DNA of 63,945 bases, filler included, from Guillardia theta CCMP2712 (taxonomy: Eukaryota > Protista > Cryptophyta), in the NCBI RefSeq assembly GCF_000315625.1. It is 5 parts of 5 records of this genome, joined end to end, with 100 filler letters (N's around TTAATTAATTAA, not from the genome) between each part and the next. Parts side by side here need not be neighbours in the genome. Positions count along the whole stretch, not along the records: positions 19,518 to 37,497 come from NW_005434619.1; positions 37,598 to 53,898 come from NW_005434327.1; 3 more parts are not named here. One strand, written 5' to 3'. The notes under the pieces are model-generated. The model saw nothing but the letters and a program-made list of their open reading frames with translations, was not told where the DNA came from and did no database searches. The translations under genes and the position numbers were made by a program. Below are positions 28,038 through 40,500 of the stretch, piece after piece (the stretch's first letter is position 1; each line of letters starts with the position of its first letter).

Positions 28038-29292
28038 ATGCCACGATTTGAGGTGGTGCTTCAGGCAGCATGCATTCCTGTCATCAAGGTTTTGTTGATA
28101 GCATTTGTCGGAGCTTTCTGTGCCAGGAAAAACGGCAAAATTCTCAAGGAGAGTTCAATCATGGGAATATCGAGATTGATTTACAACATCTTCCTTCCTG
28201 CCTTCATCTTCACCAAGCTTACAAAAACCGTCGACCTTCAAATCATCTCCCAGTGGTGGCCTATCCCTGTTTTTGTCGGCTTGAACTTTGCTGCCGGGCT
28301 GCTCTGTGGCATTATTCTTCTCAAGTTGTTTCCACAGAAATCGGAGAAGTTTAAAGGCTTAGTTCTTGCCTCATGCGCACTAGGGAACGTCGGCCAGATC
28401 CCCCTCGCACTGGTCCCTTCCGCCTGCAACAGCCAGATCCCCAAGTACCAGAACCACGGAGCGAACTGTCTGGCAGACGCACAGGGGATGGTGGCGTTCG
28501 GGCTATGGGTTGGGACTATCATGATCTGGACTGTAGGCAAATACTTGATGACCGAATCATTCCTATCGCAGAAACAACCCAAGCAGTACGTGGAGTTCGA
28601 TCCAGAGAAAGGTGGCAGCGGCGTAGCAGACCTGGAAGTCTCGCTTCAAGCGCAAACTTGTCTCCCGACACGGAGCACGAGAATGCGCAAGAGCTTGAGG
28701 CGAGTCTCTCTTGCCAAGGAGTTTCTCGCAAGGATACCCAACCCTCCCTTCGTTGCCACCGTTCTCGGACTTCTGTGTGGTGGCGTCGGATTCTTGAAGT
28801 ACGGGCTCAGCAACCCCAACTCTGTGCTCGCTCCGGCGTTCGACGTCCTGGAGCAGCTGGGAAGCACCTACATCCCGCTCATGATCCTCCTGCTGGGAGC
28901 CAACATGAACGCAGGGGCAGGTGAGAAGGAGGAGGACATCGAGATGCTGCACCCGTTCATGGTGGCTTCAATCATCGCCGTGAGGTTGCTGCTGCTTCCT
29001 CTGGTGGGGGTGGGGCTGGTGTACAGCTTCAAGCAGACTGTTGCCCCCTCCTTAGATCCTCTCATCGAATTTGTTATTCTTTTGCAATTCTCTGTTCCAA
29101 CTGCTGCAAACCTGAGCACCCTTGCCATCATGACGGGGACTTGGCCTGCAAGCGTATCGCGGCTAGCACTGTGAGTGTTGTGCCTGCGTGTTTGCATGAT
29201 CACTAACATCTCATCTTTACAGGAGCCAGTATCTGGTGGCAGTACCTTGCTTGACTATTGCTATCATGGCGTACATCACCTACACCATCTGA
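28038..29292 (+). CDS. Auxin efflux carrier (AEC) family / PIN-LIKES (PILS)-type transporter
   Basis: IYNIFLPAFIF, GNVGQIPLALV, PLMILLLGANM, RLLLLPLVG and DPLIEFVILLQFSVPTAANL motifs. Intron 29171-29222, then SQYLVAVPCLT...*. Confidence 0.9.
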
Positions 29293-30077
29293 TTCTTTCT
29301 TGTAGACTAGGAGTATTATCTTGTGAAATGCTATCACTGTCAAAGACTCGGAATCGATACACCTCTCCCCAAACTCAGCTTCTCCTACTATCTTTCATGT
29401 ACAACTGTTTCCATCGCGGAGCATGAGCGACGGAGCTCGTCTGTTCTTCTCTCCTCTCCTCTGCTCTCTCCTGCTCTCGCGTTGCTCCTTTCGCTCGCAT
29501 GTGCTGCCCCTGCTTTGTTTCCCTTGCTTTTCGAGAACGGACGGTGAACGTGGGTGGGTCCATCTAGGAACCTTCATTCTAAACCCCCTTAGCTCAAATA
29601 TTTATTGGATGAGACAATAGTGAATTAAGGTATAGTCTGCACATGACCTTGGGAAGGGCAGGGGTAGTAGTCCAATAGGGTGGGGGGTGGAGGAGGACAG
29701 TGGCAGGGGCTGAGCGCCTGCGAGGGAGAGCGACGACGAGACGACGAGCAGGAGGAGGAGGAGGAGCTCTAGGAAGACAGCTCTTGTTGCTAGCAGGTGA
29801 TGATACCGATCTCACCTGCACGTGTGTTGAGATCCCCGGAAGAGACGTTGGAGGAGGAGAGTGTTGTGTGCGAAGATCTGCAGAGATCGGAGGGTGAGTC
29901 AAGATGAGGAAGAACACCAAGGATTCGATAGACAGGGCAGGAGGAGAGGCACTTTTCTTCACCTCATCTCAGTGCCTACACCTGCTCTTTGTGTCTGTCA
30001 GAACGCTGATGCTCTCCTTTGTTCTCACAGCATTGTTTTCCGGAGCTCCTTGCGCCTTTGCCAGTTCTCCGGACCAG

Positions 30078-31698
30078 ATGTCGTCCGAGGTGTTTGTCAC
30101 TCACAACCGACCGCCATGCCCTGAAGTCTTGACATCTTTCCGTGAAGATTCTTTCTACCATCGTCGTCCCTGCCTACAAGGAGAAGCCGAACATTCGGCC
30201 ATTGACACAGCGGCTATTGGATGTGAGCCGGCTGGGAGGGAGGGGAGGCATGTTGGATGACTTGGTTACAAGGCCCTTCGCTCTCATGGGATGGACAAGA
30301 GCACAGAAATTCTCATCGTCGATGACAACTCTCAGGATGGTAGCGAGGAGGCGGTGAACGAGCTTCAGAAGGAGGTGAAGACTTCCCCACCACCTCCTCC
30401 TCCCCCTCCCCCTCCCCCTCTTTCTCCTGCTCCCTCACCCGGGAGCATGCAGGGCTTCCCGATCAGAATCTTTGTCCGCAAGACCGAGCGAGGGCTCTCG
30501 AGTGCGGTCCTTCGAGGCTTCCAGGAAGCCAAGGGGGAGAAACTGGTGGGCATCAGCCGAGGGCCCTCCGACCCCTCCGCTGACACCCTGCACTTCAGAT
30601 ATGTATGGACGGAGATCTTCAACACCCGCCAGAGAGGGTTCCCCAGCTCCTCAAGGCACCGACGTCACCCTTCCTGTCTCTCTGCGCCCTAACACATCTG
30701 ACAGGCTCTCGACAAAGCTGACTTCGTGCTCGGGACTCGGTGAGAGACTTGTGTCCCGATCGACCTCTGTCGTGATTCTGATTATGTTGCACAGCTACGG
30801 GGACGGCTTTGCCGTTGATCCCTCGTGGCCATGGTAGGAGAGGACGGGCCATGGCGGCTCTTGCTGACGCGACGCAGGTACAGGGTTGTCATTTCTAAGG
30901 GCGCGAGGCTTCTTGCTAGACCCCTTACTCCCCTGAGGTGAGAAGCAAGTCACTCCTGCTCTTTTCCTTGCTCCTCCTCTATCTGTAGCTCGATCTCCTA
31001 AACTTTCGGTGATTGATTTTCCTCGCAGCGACCCGATGAGTGGATTCTTTGGAATAACAAAAACAGCCTTGAAGGTGCGACATCATGTCTTTTCTCGTTC
31101 TTCTCCATTCCTGTTTTTCCTTCCCCCCCTCCCTCCCTCTTTTCCTTTCCCTCAATGTGCTTGCCGTTGCCGCTTGCTCTATAGTCCTCGAACTCTCTCT
31201 CGTAACTTCTCAGTCTTTCCTCTCCTCTCCTCATTGCCTCCTTTTGTCTCCAGCGTGGTGCTGGGAAGATTAATCCTGTCGGATTCAAGATCGCGCTCGA
31301 GCTCTACGTCAAGGTGAGAATCAGCTTCTGCTGTATCCCCCGACAGCAGCTGACGGTTATCAGTGCGGGTCCAGCAGCCATGAGGAGGTGAGCATCTTCT
31401 TCGGCAAGCGGGAGGCAGGCACCTCGAAGCTCACGGGCAAGGTTGGTCATGAAAGCCAGCAGGTCGAAGACAGCGAGGGCTGAGCGTGGCTGCAGGTCAT
31501 GTTGTACTACTTGGTGCATCTCTTCCAGTTGTACAGGTCAAGTTCGAGAGCATGCTCGTCTCTGGTCTGATGGCAGATGATGGCAGGTACCAGTACCCGA
31601 TGCTCATCCCAGCTCTGCTGGTTCTCGTCCTCGCCTTCTTGTGGCTTCTTGTCTCCACGTTGTTGGGATGGAATTCAAACAAGGCGAAGTTGTCATGA
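30078..31698 (+). CDS. DPM1: Dolichol-phosphate mannosyltransferase (GT2) with a C-terminal transmembrane helix
   Basis: IVVPAYKE, ILIVDDNSQDGS, ERGLSSAV, MDGDLQHPPE, DPMSGFFG and GFKIALEL across about 11 short introns. Hydrophobic tail LIPALLVLVLAFLWLLV. Confidence 0.88.
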
Positions 31699-31849
31699 AT
31701 AAAACAAAACTGATGACAAACTATGCAAACACCTCAAACCGTATCAAAAGTGAAATCTCAACAGACGCGTTGCTCTTGTCCCATCGCACACTCATAGCGG
31801 GATATGAGCTGATACACAGTTGAGAACCTTCCCTGCCTGCCCCGAAGCC

Positions 31850-33326
31850 TCCTCGTCCCCTTGCTGGCACCTTGACCGTCAGCCCGCAGGAGAGAAGAGA
31901 AGCAAAGAGACCTCTAGGAACGAGCGCAACATGCCGATCAACTTCTCGTCCTTGGCGATGGCTTCATGCAGTTGTCTGCCGTGAAAGTCAGCTCCCCGCA
32001 GCATTGCTCTCAGTCAAACACGATTTGCTGCCCATGACAATGACAAGGAAGAAGAAGGGAAGAGGAAAGATACGGCACAGGTAAGGGGGCGACGAGCAAC
32101 GAGCGGGGAGATGTAAGGGAGAGAACCTGTTTCCTGATACGATGCCCCCTAGCACTCTGCATGCTTGCGTGATACACTTCTGATCTTTGTCCTCGTACGC
32201 CTGTTGCAGGACTTCCCTGCGCGCAACTTGAATCTGAAGTCGATGATAACTCCCTCAACAGACCTAATCGCTTCGAGGACCCCCGGGACGTTGGCAAGAG
32301 CAACCTTGTTCTCATTGTTCCTGAAAGCAATCTTGAACGTGTCACATACACCTCTTGCGTTCTGGGTCAGAGAGATCACTTGAGATGCAGCTCGACACGC
32401 CTCAAACCTGCAAATGTGAATCACAACACAGCCAGCATGTTGACGGGAACTTCTCACCGAGCTTGCGCCGAACCTCTTCTCATCACATTCACCAAGTCTT
32501 CAAAGATCCCTTCCACCTGATTCATACTCCTTGTCACCACCAGACATGGTCAATCGAATCTTCGCCCGCACCTTTCCGATGACGACTCTGTTGTCTATAC
32601 AACTCCTTGAGTGCATTACGGCCACCCTCCTGGCATGCTTGTCTGCTTTCGCTCCCTCCTGTCACCTGGTGAGGCAAACAGTCTAGACAACCTGCCGTGC
32701 TACCTCAGTTGAGTCCTCCATCAGCATGAATCCGTCTCCCATCATGTACCTCCTGCCGTCAACATGTACAGGCCCATTTTGCTCTGCCTCGTTCTCGCCC
32801 TGCCAACCACAATCCTCATTCCCCACCCTCGCTCTCGGCAACTCCAACGAACTACCGTTGATGAAGATTCTTTCCCCAGGAAGACAGCCTTGTCATAATC
32901 CGTCATGGCGTTGTGGTTATCGATGGAGACGCCAGAGGTGAAGGAAGTCATGTGGTACAGACTCTCCGCCGCCATGCACATCTGGGAGCAGGACGTCACA
33001 GTACGAGAGCAAGGTCTTCAGCTCACGTCTTCGTCGTTGTCGCTCTTCAACTTCTCCGTCGCCTCCTTGATCATCCGCTGCTGCTCCTCTGGCTCCAGAT
33101 CTCCCTGCACATAGCGCATGTGGCGAGGGATGGGCATGTTCCAAGTGACTGCAGGGCAACACGTGTCACTGAGGCGTGAGGGAGAACGATCGGCATAATC
33201 AGCATTTGCGATCTAGTGCAGAAGCAAACAACAGGATCGAGACGCCTCCAGCATGTTGATCTGCTTCCTGAGATCTCATACAATGGAGGGATCTACACGG
33301 TTGCCGCGTGGTCTCTCATCCTTCAT
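31850..33326 (-). CDS. Hypothetical multi-exon protein, possibly ARM-like helical; boundaries approximate
   Basis: Coding-like exons flanked by GT/AG, e.g. DLEPEEQQRMIKEATEKLKSDNDED and IAFRNNENKVALANVPGVLEAI. Confidence 0.45.
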
Positions 33327-33949
33327 TATGAGCCTTGACCGAGTCCTCCTCCCCTTACCCCCCCCCCCCCCCTCTCCTCCTCCTCCTTGTCCTCGTCCTC
33401 TTCGTCCTCCTCATTCTCATTCTCATCCTCATCCTCCTCCTCTCCGTCGTCGTCGTCATCATCATCACCATCCTCATCCTTATCCTCATCATCCCTGCGT
33501 CCTCGCTCTCCCGCTCTCCACCTGACCCTCCCACCCCCCCTCCCAGGTCTCCCGCCATTTGCAGAAGTATCCGGGTGCAACTCTTGTTGGAATTCGACAA
33601 TGTTTTCGAATGGCAATATTTTGGGTCAAATTTGATTAATATTATCATTTCTAGTAAACTTTCCGAACAATCCCATCCGAGAAGTAAACTGAAATTCCCT
33701 AATTGTAACCGGCGCAATCCCAGCGTAACCGCCGGTACCGGCTTTCAACGGGCCCGTCGGATTTGACAAGCCGCACTCCGTACCGTCAGGCATGCGAGGG
33801 AGGGAGGAAGGAGCGAAGGAGCGAGAAAGAGAGGAGGAGGAGAGGAGGAGAAAGAGACTCCTCAGGGACTGACTAGTAGGAGGAGTGAATCGCTGGGGCA
33901 GCTTCAGAAGCATCACAGTGGTCCCCTGGTTGACTTCAGGCAGGGAGGG

Positions 33950-35789
33950 ATGAACGAGCATGCGCAGGAGCAGGGCTCAGACGAGGTGCAGTACTTCCTC
34001 GAGGAGATGGAGAGCATGCATCAGCACCTGGCGACATGGCACCATCGCAACGTGGTCGGCATCGACAATGCGGTCAGGAGCCTGCAGGTGCAGCTGAGCG
34101 AGGAGACGGCGAGGAGGAGAGAGGTAGAGACTCTGCTGAGAGCTGAGCAGCGAAGATGCGAGAAGCTGCGGCTGAAGAACAGCATCTATGAGCTGGACAT
34201 CAGCAGGCTGGAGAGTTTGCTGTGGAATGAGAGAGAAAACAACCTTAGTGCTATGGAGATGTTCCGACGATTCAACGACGAGCTTGCAAGTGTGGAAAGT
34301 CTCGCGCTCAACGTGGAGAAGGAGCTGCAGGCAGGGCTGCTCCTGGCGTCTTCCTGCCCTGCCGGTAGAGGAACTTTGGATGCAGTAGAGCCACCAACTG
34401 CCGCTACCGGTGCTGTTCGACCGCCAGAGTGGTCGTCGGGAGGGCTGGGCGGGGTGGTCGTCGGGAGTACTGAGTGTCTCCTAGCTCCCCCATCCCCTCC
34501 TCCGGGGATGGAGCATGTAGATGTGGAAAAGAGAGGACGAGGAAGCGAGACGGAGCCGAAGGAAAGAGGGACGTTGAAGGGAGAGGGAGGCGTCAATAGG
34601 CAAGGAGCTACTGGAGGGGCGACAGGCCCAGCTGAGCGCGAAGTCCAAGAAGATGACCGTAGCTCATCGACGAGTGCAACGCCCTCGCTGAAAGGAATCT
34701 ACAAGAGCGACGGCAGCAGCTCACGGGAGTCACCGTCTGCGAGGCAGCATGAGAAGAGAGTGACGCTGGGAGGGGCTGACGTGCGAGTCTTTCACGATCT
34801 GAACCATTCCTCCTCTACCCCAGCGATCCATGGCACAGGTCCTTTCCCGCTCCTCCCGCTCCTCCCCCTGCTCCCCATACTCCCTTGCTCCCCTTGCTCC
34901 TCCTGCTCCTGCACCTCTGACTTGCTCATGCTTAGCAGCTCAGTCCCCGGAGAAGCAGAGATTCATCAAGATGAGTGACCTCAGGGTGGCGTCGGAGGAG
35001 ACGAGGAGCGATCGGTCAGATCTCTGCCGCCTCCTGCGTCAGTCGTGACCTGCTGTTTGCAGCACGTTCATGCTGAACGCCGTCAAGAGGAACGGGCTCG
35101 CGCTGCAGTACGCGAGCAGCAGGCTGCAGGGCGACAGGTGGGGCTCCCGTGCTTGTGCTCCTTGTGACGTGATGGACAAGGGACGTGGTGCTAGCTGCCG
35201 TCTCCATGAACGGCCTCGCCCTCCAGTACGCGAGCGACGAGCTGAGAAACGACAGGTGAGAAGAGGGAGCGCGTGCTTGTCGTGACGTAGCGGCAGAGAC
35301 GTTGTCATGTCCGCCGTGAAGTCTTGGGGATATGCGTTGGAGTACGCGAGCGATGAGTTGAGGTGAGAAAATCCCTGCCCCTCCTGTCTTTCCCTGTCCA
35401 GCACCTCCCTTCCCCTCTTCCCTCCCTTATCGCTGCCTGAAAAAACTCTCCTATCCTCCTCCTCCCCTTCCTTCTGCTCCCTCCCCGCCCATTTCTCCCC
35501 CACCCTCTTCTCCTTCCACATGATCACCACCAGTGTTGCTGTCATCGTTCATGTCGTGACATGGGAAACTTTCATAACTTGCTGCGACCAGAGGAGATCG
35601 CGACGTTGTCTCAGCTGCTGTCCAGCAGAACTCCGCTGCTTTCTTATTCGCATGCGCGTCCATCAGGTGGGAGGGGAGGAGCGGGAAAGAGGATGACGCT
35701 GGCCTGGCAGGAACGACCAAGAGTTCATACATTCCCTTGTGGAGCGCGACAGCCACCTCCTCGGCCTCGTCGACTCCTCGCTCTTGTGA
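33950..35789 (+). CDS. Coiled-coil protein with C-terminal DUF4116-type repeats
   Basis: N-terminal heptads. Repeats AVKRNGLALQYASSRLQGD, AVSMNGLALQYASDELRND and AVKSWGYALEYASDELR each sit on their own exon. Confidence 0.8.
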
Positions 35790-36129
35790 GCATGCTTGTT
35801 CTTCCAGGTTCCAAGGAAGAGATCGAAAAGTGAGAGAGGAGGGAGCAGGGAAGGGGAAGGGGGAGGAGGGAGGAGGGAGGAGAGACTGCAAGGGGATGAC
35901 GGGAGGGAGCTGGAGGGGGAGGAGAAGAAGGAGAGATATAAAAGACATGGAAGAAAGAGCCAACGTGAAAGTAGTGAGGTATCAATGAGAAACAAAGTCA
36001 ATGAATAGGAACAAGATAAGTATGAAATGAATGAAGTGAAAGACAAACGAGCACATCATGGATGTTCGTCGTATCAAACGTGTATGTCATCCATGAATAT
36101 CAACATTGGGCTTGTCCTGCTCCGTTACA

Positions 36130-37250
36130 AGATACCACAGCAGTCTTCGAACCATCCTGCAAGAAACTTCAGCTGACTTGTGGGCTGACGGATGAGCGAC
36201 CGGCGGACTGACGGACAGACTTGTACATCATCTTGGTCTGTAGACGAAGTGAGAAGGGCAGAAAAGCGAGGTAGTACATGTCTCAAGGGGAGGGAAGGTG
36301 AGGTCAGATGCGATGCGATGCGTGGAGAGGAGAGGAGAGGAGAGGAGAGGAGAGGAGAGGAGAGGAGAGGAGAGGAGAGGAGAGGACTAGACGTATACCT
36401 GGAGGGATAGTTTGTTCGACTGCAGGACAAGATCTTCAAGTTTTTGTCCCCTGGCAGCGCAAGGCACGGAAACGAAACAAGGAGGAGGAGGAGGAGGAGG
36501 AGGAGGAGCAAGACAGTCAAACATCATTCGCCTTACTCGCAATCTTTACCTCTCTAGCAGTGCGTCAATAGATTTCTGCAAGATCTGAAAGAGATTGTCA
36601 TGAATTTTTCTCTCTTTCCAAACCTCCATCATCTTCCCCCACCTCCCGGCCCCCGCTACTCCCCCACGTTCCCTTGCTGCCTCCCCTCCCTTGCTTCCCG
36701 ACTCCTCCTTTCATCGTCTATCTCCAGTCGCTCTTCCCTCTCCCTCAGCATCCACCACAGCTTACGTGCTTCGTTTCATCTATCTCTCGCTTTAGTCTTT
36801 CAATCTTGTCTGTTGCCGCTGGGTCCTGTTACAGAAAGAAAATGATATTATCATCGTCATCCTCCTCCTCATCATCATCATCATCGTCATCTTCTTCTCC
36901 ATCATCATCATCCTCTCCATCATCATCATCGTCATCATGATCGTCATCATCAACCTGGTACTTCGATAGCATGTCTTCCAATTCCTGCATCGACCAGTCA
37001 GCGCCGATAATCAAACTTTCCCTCCTCAACACAGCGACTTCATTCCTCACCGGAAATTCCATGCAACCATCTCTTGACGACTGAGAAATGCTGTCTTCTG
37101 TGTACTGAGACTGAAACTCCTCCTGTATCTCCATTAGCCACCTGCCAACGGAGCAGCAGCAGCGATCGCGGACCAGGATCGACTCAACTAGATTGATGGC
37201 AACCCGCTGGGGATATTCCTAGACAACACTTGCTTCACTCGCACATCAGC
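36130..37250 (-). CDS. Hypothetical multi-exon protein; boundaries approximate
   Basis: Exon ...WSMQELEDMLSKYQ|GT, followed by DPAATDKIERLKREIDETK after a microsatellite intron. Confidence 0.35.
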
Positions 37251-37497
37251 TCCACCACCATCCTCTCACAGAGTCTGTTATCAGCGTGCTTGCCAGCCCA
37301 CTGTGCTGGCTGTAGACGTAACCTGCCCGTTGAATCATCGCCCCCCCCCCCCTTTTACCTCCCCTCCCCTTACTCACAGTAACAAACTTTGCCATGTATG
37401 GTCGGGGTCCAACCCCTGGGGGCCATCAGAACCAGTCACTGACCCATCGCAGACAGGACATCATCGGTCACTGGTGGAAGTCTCCTGCCCCCCGTCT

Positions 37498-37597
37498 NNN
37501 NNNNNNNNNNNNNNNNNNNNNNNNNNNNNNNNNNNNNNNNNTTAATTAATTAANNNNNNNNNNNNNNNNNNNNNNNNNNNNNNNNNNNNNNNNNNNN
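37498..37597. other. Artificial contig linker N-TTAATTAATTAA-N
   Basis: Core at 37542-37553. The dynein gene does not resume on the other side. Confidence 0.97.
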
Positions 37598-40500
37598 TCC
37601 TCCCTCCTCCTCCTCCTCCTCCCTCCCTCCCTCCTCCTCCTCCTCCTCCCTCCCTCCTCCTCCCCCTCCCCTCTCCCCCTCCCCTCCCCTCCCCTCTTTT
37701 TTCTTCTCCTGTCCTCCTCTACCTTAGCAAGGTCGCGTAGATTGAAGGTGTAATGAGATTTCAGCGGAGTAGGAAGGAGCTCCTTGGAGACAGTCGTGAA
37801 GACTTCCAGAGTAGCCTGGGATGGGAACGATGAGCATGGAAAGTAAGACGAAGAAGAAAGGGGAGGAGGGCAGAGGAGAGCAGAAGAGAGCAGAGCAGGG
37901 AGAAGCGAAGAGAGGAGGAGCAAGACGCACGGAGCAGGGAGCAGGGGAGCAGGGGAGCAGGGGAGCAGGGGGGCAGGGGAGCAGGGGAGCAGGGGAGCAG
38001 GGGAGCAGGGAGCAGGGAGCAGGGAGCAGGGAGCAGGGAGCAGGGAGCAGGGAGTTACCTGGACCACAGGGTTCACCACGGCCCCGGCAGAGATGGAGGG
38101 GAACTGCTGCATGAACCAGTTGAGGATCGTACTGAAGATCCTACTCATCCCCTCCTCGTCGATTGGAGTGACGCTGATGATGTTGTACCACCTCGTGTAC
38201 CTGCAAGTTATGTGCGTCCTCCCTCCTCCCGGCAGCCCCATGCAGGAGACAAACACCATGTCTATCAAGGTCCTCCACTCTATCTCCTTCCTGTCCCACC
38301 AGCCTCCCCAGTGCATCCATTGCCGCAGGATCTCGATAGGAGGCTGAGCGCCGTACGTCTCCTTGGCCGGCATGTTGAGGTCGTCGACGAAGACGACCAT
38401 TTTCTTGCCCAGGGGAGGTCCAAACACTCCCTTCCTCCTCTTGTCCACCTTGCCATCGATGATGTCCTGAGTTTGATTGGCCTTGGTCTGAGCTGAGAAG
38501 TTCATGAAATGAGGGACTAACTTTTCTCCCATCCCCCTCATCAGCTTGTCTTTCACCATGACTGACTTGCCCGTCCCCGTGTCCCCGACGAACAGGCAGT
38601 GGTAGTCGTTGCTCAGCAGCGTCGTCATGATGCTTGTGTACCTGACTGTGTCCATCGTAGGGACGAGGATGTCTTGGAACTCAGTCCCTGCGGGTATCGA
38701 GTAGGAAGGGATCGTCTCCAGCCAGCCCAACCACCGTCCCTTGTGCTGGTCGAAGCACCAGTCGTACATGGACCCCTTGTCGGGGAGAGGAGCAGTCAGC
38801 TTCGGGGCCTCGGGGGAGGAGAGGAGGGTTCTTAGCGTCTCAGTCATCGACATCCTCCCCTTGAGGTCTGTACTGCATCCTACTGACCAGATCAGTGAGA
38901 ACAAGAAACCTCCGTCCACTCGCTTCGCCGCGTCCCCGGGCCCGATCTTGCCGGCTTCCTCCGGGTCGTAGAAGGAGTCCAGCATGCACTTGAACAGCTT
39001 GAAGAGGCTCATCACCAGCTCAGTATCCTTGGTCACCACCGGCTCCTTGCACTCCCTGCGGAGGAGGCGGAGGAGGGGAGGGACGAAGTGGTCTAGGAGC
39101 TTGCTGATCTGCGCCTTGCTCCCTTCCAGGCTCGGGGGGAGCGTCTCGAACCAAGAGTCTCGCAGCTCCTGCCACTGGAACATATGCGGCTCCATGAGCA
39201 CCATGCCGTTCCTCGAGACGGTGGCGGGGGAGGCGGCAGCGAGGTCCTCGGGCTCGAAGACCATGGTCATAGTGCTGGTGAGTTTGATGATCTCCCCTGA
39301 GTTGAGGCAGAGCTTCTTGTTGTCATCCATGACAGTGTTCATGTTCTCGATCCAGATCGCGTCCACGGGCCCATCAAACATGATCCACTTCCTCTTCACC
39401 TTGAGCTCAGCGCTCGTCTCCATCTGTGCACACTTGCGCACTAGCGACGCTCCGATGCCCTCGATCCACTCGCGCGACACAGGGTCGAAGTTGCCGTAGA
39501 TCTGGTCGATGGTGATGGACTTGGGGTTCAGGCTGTACATGAGCACGTCTTCGAACTTGCTCTTGTCCTCTACGTTGCACATACCGTGCTGAAGGACCTT
39601 GAACACGCTCGTCTTCATCGACATTGTGAGCCCTACCACCATCAGGCTGTGCCGCACTGTGATAGTCTCGTACAGCTGGATGCACTTCTTGAGCAGGTTC
39701 GCCGTCGGCTGGACATTAGCAAACCCGTGCGTCTCTGGGCTCTTCTTGGTCAGCTCCCCGCACGCCTGCTGCATCCCCTCCATGAGGATCGAGTAGTCGG
39801 GAGAGGGGATCTTCAGCCCAAGGAACAGGTCGGAGGTGATCCCTTCAAACAGCGGCAGGTCTGCGTCGACGAACTTGGGAAGGTTCACATCGTTGATAGC
39901 TCGCAGTACAAGCACATCCTCCCTCTCCTCCAGGTACTTGAGCTTCAGCAGCCCAGCAGCCGTCAGGATCGACTTGACAGCCCTCATGCCGAAGTCGTAG
40001 TGGACCTGTCAAACGCGTCAGCAGCTGCGAGACCCTCCAACTCCAGCAGGCACCTGGGACGAGAGCTGCTCCGAGGAGATCTGGAGGCTCTTGACTAGCT
40101 TGCGGGCGAGGTCGCGGGCCTCGGAGAAGCCGTAGGAGTAGAGGCAGATTTCAGATATCATGGCGTAGTCAGGCACCATCATCGCACAAGGGCGGAAGAG
40201 AGCCTTGAGGTTGTCGGGGAGCTCGGAGCGACCGGCATACCCGGGGTTCATGGTGATGAAGGACGAGTAGCCCTTGATGCAGACTATGTCGCTGCCCTCG
40301 AAGAGCAGGCGGGGGAGGCCGCGGCGGATCGCGTCGTTGAGAGAGAGGATCTGCTGTGCGATCACAGAAAGTACCTCCAGGTCGATCCTGTTGAACTCGT
40401 CGAAGCAGGCCCAGGCCCCGCAGCTCGCAAGCCCCTTGAAGAACTTCGCCATGGCAAGGTAGTCAAGCCCGTCACTGCAGTTGAAGACGATGCACTGCTT

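Noticed and set aside
37498-37720. Dynein as a naturally truncated motor
   Set aside because: The break coincides with a contig linker, so the rest is simply missing from this window.
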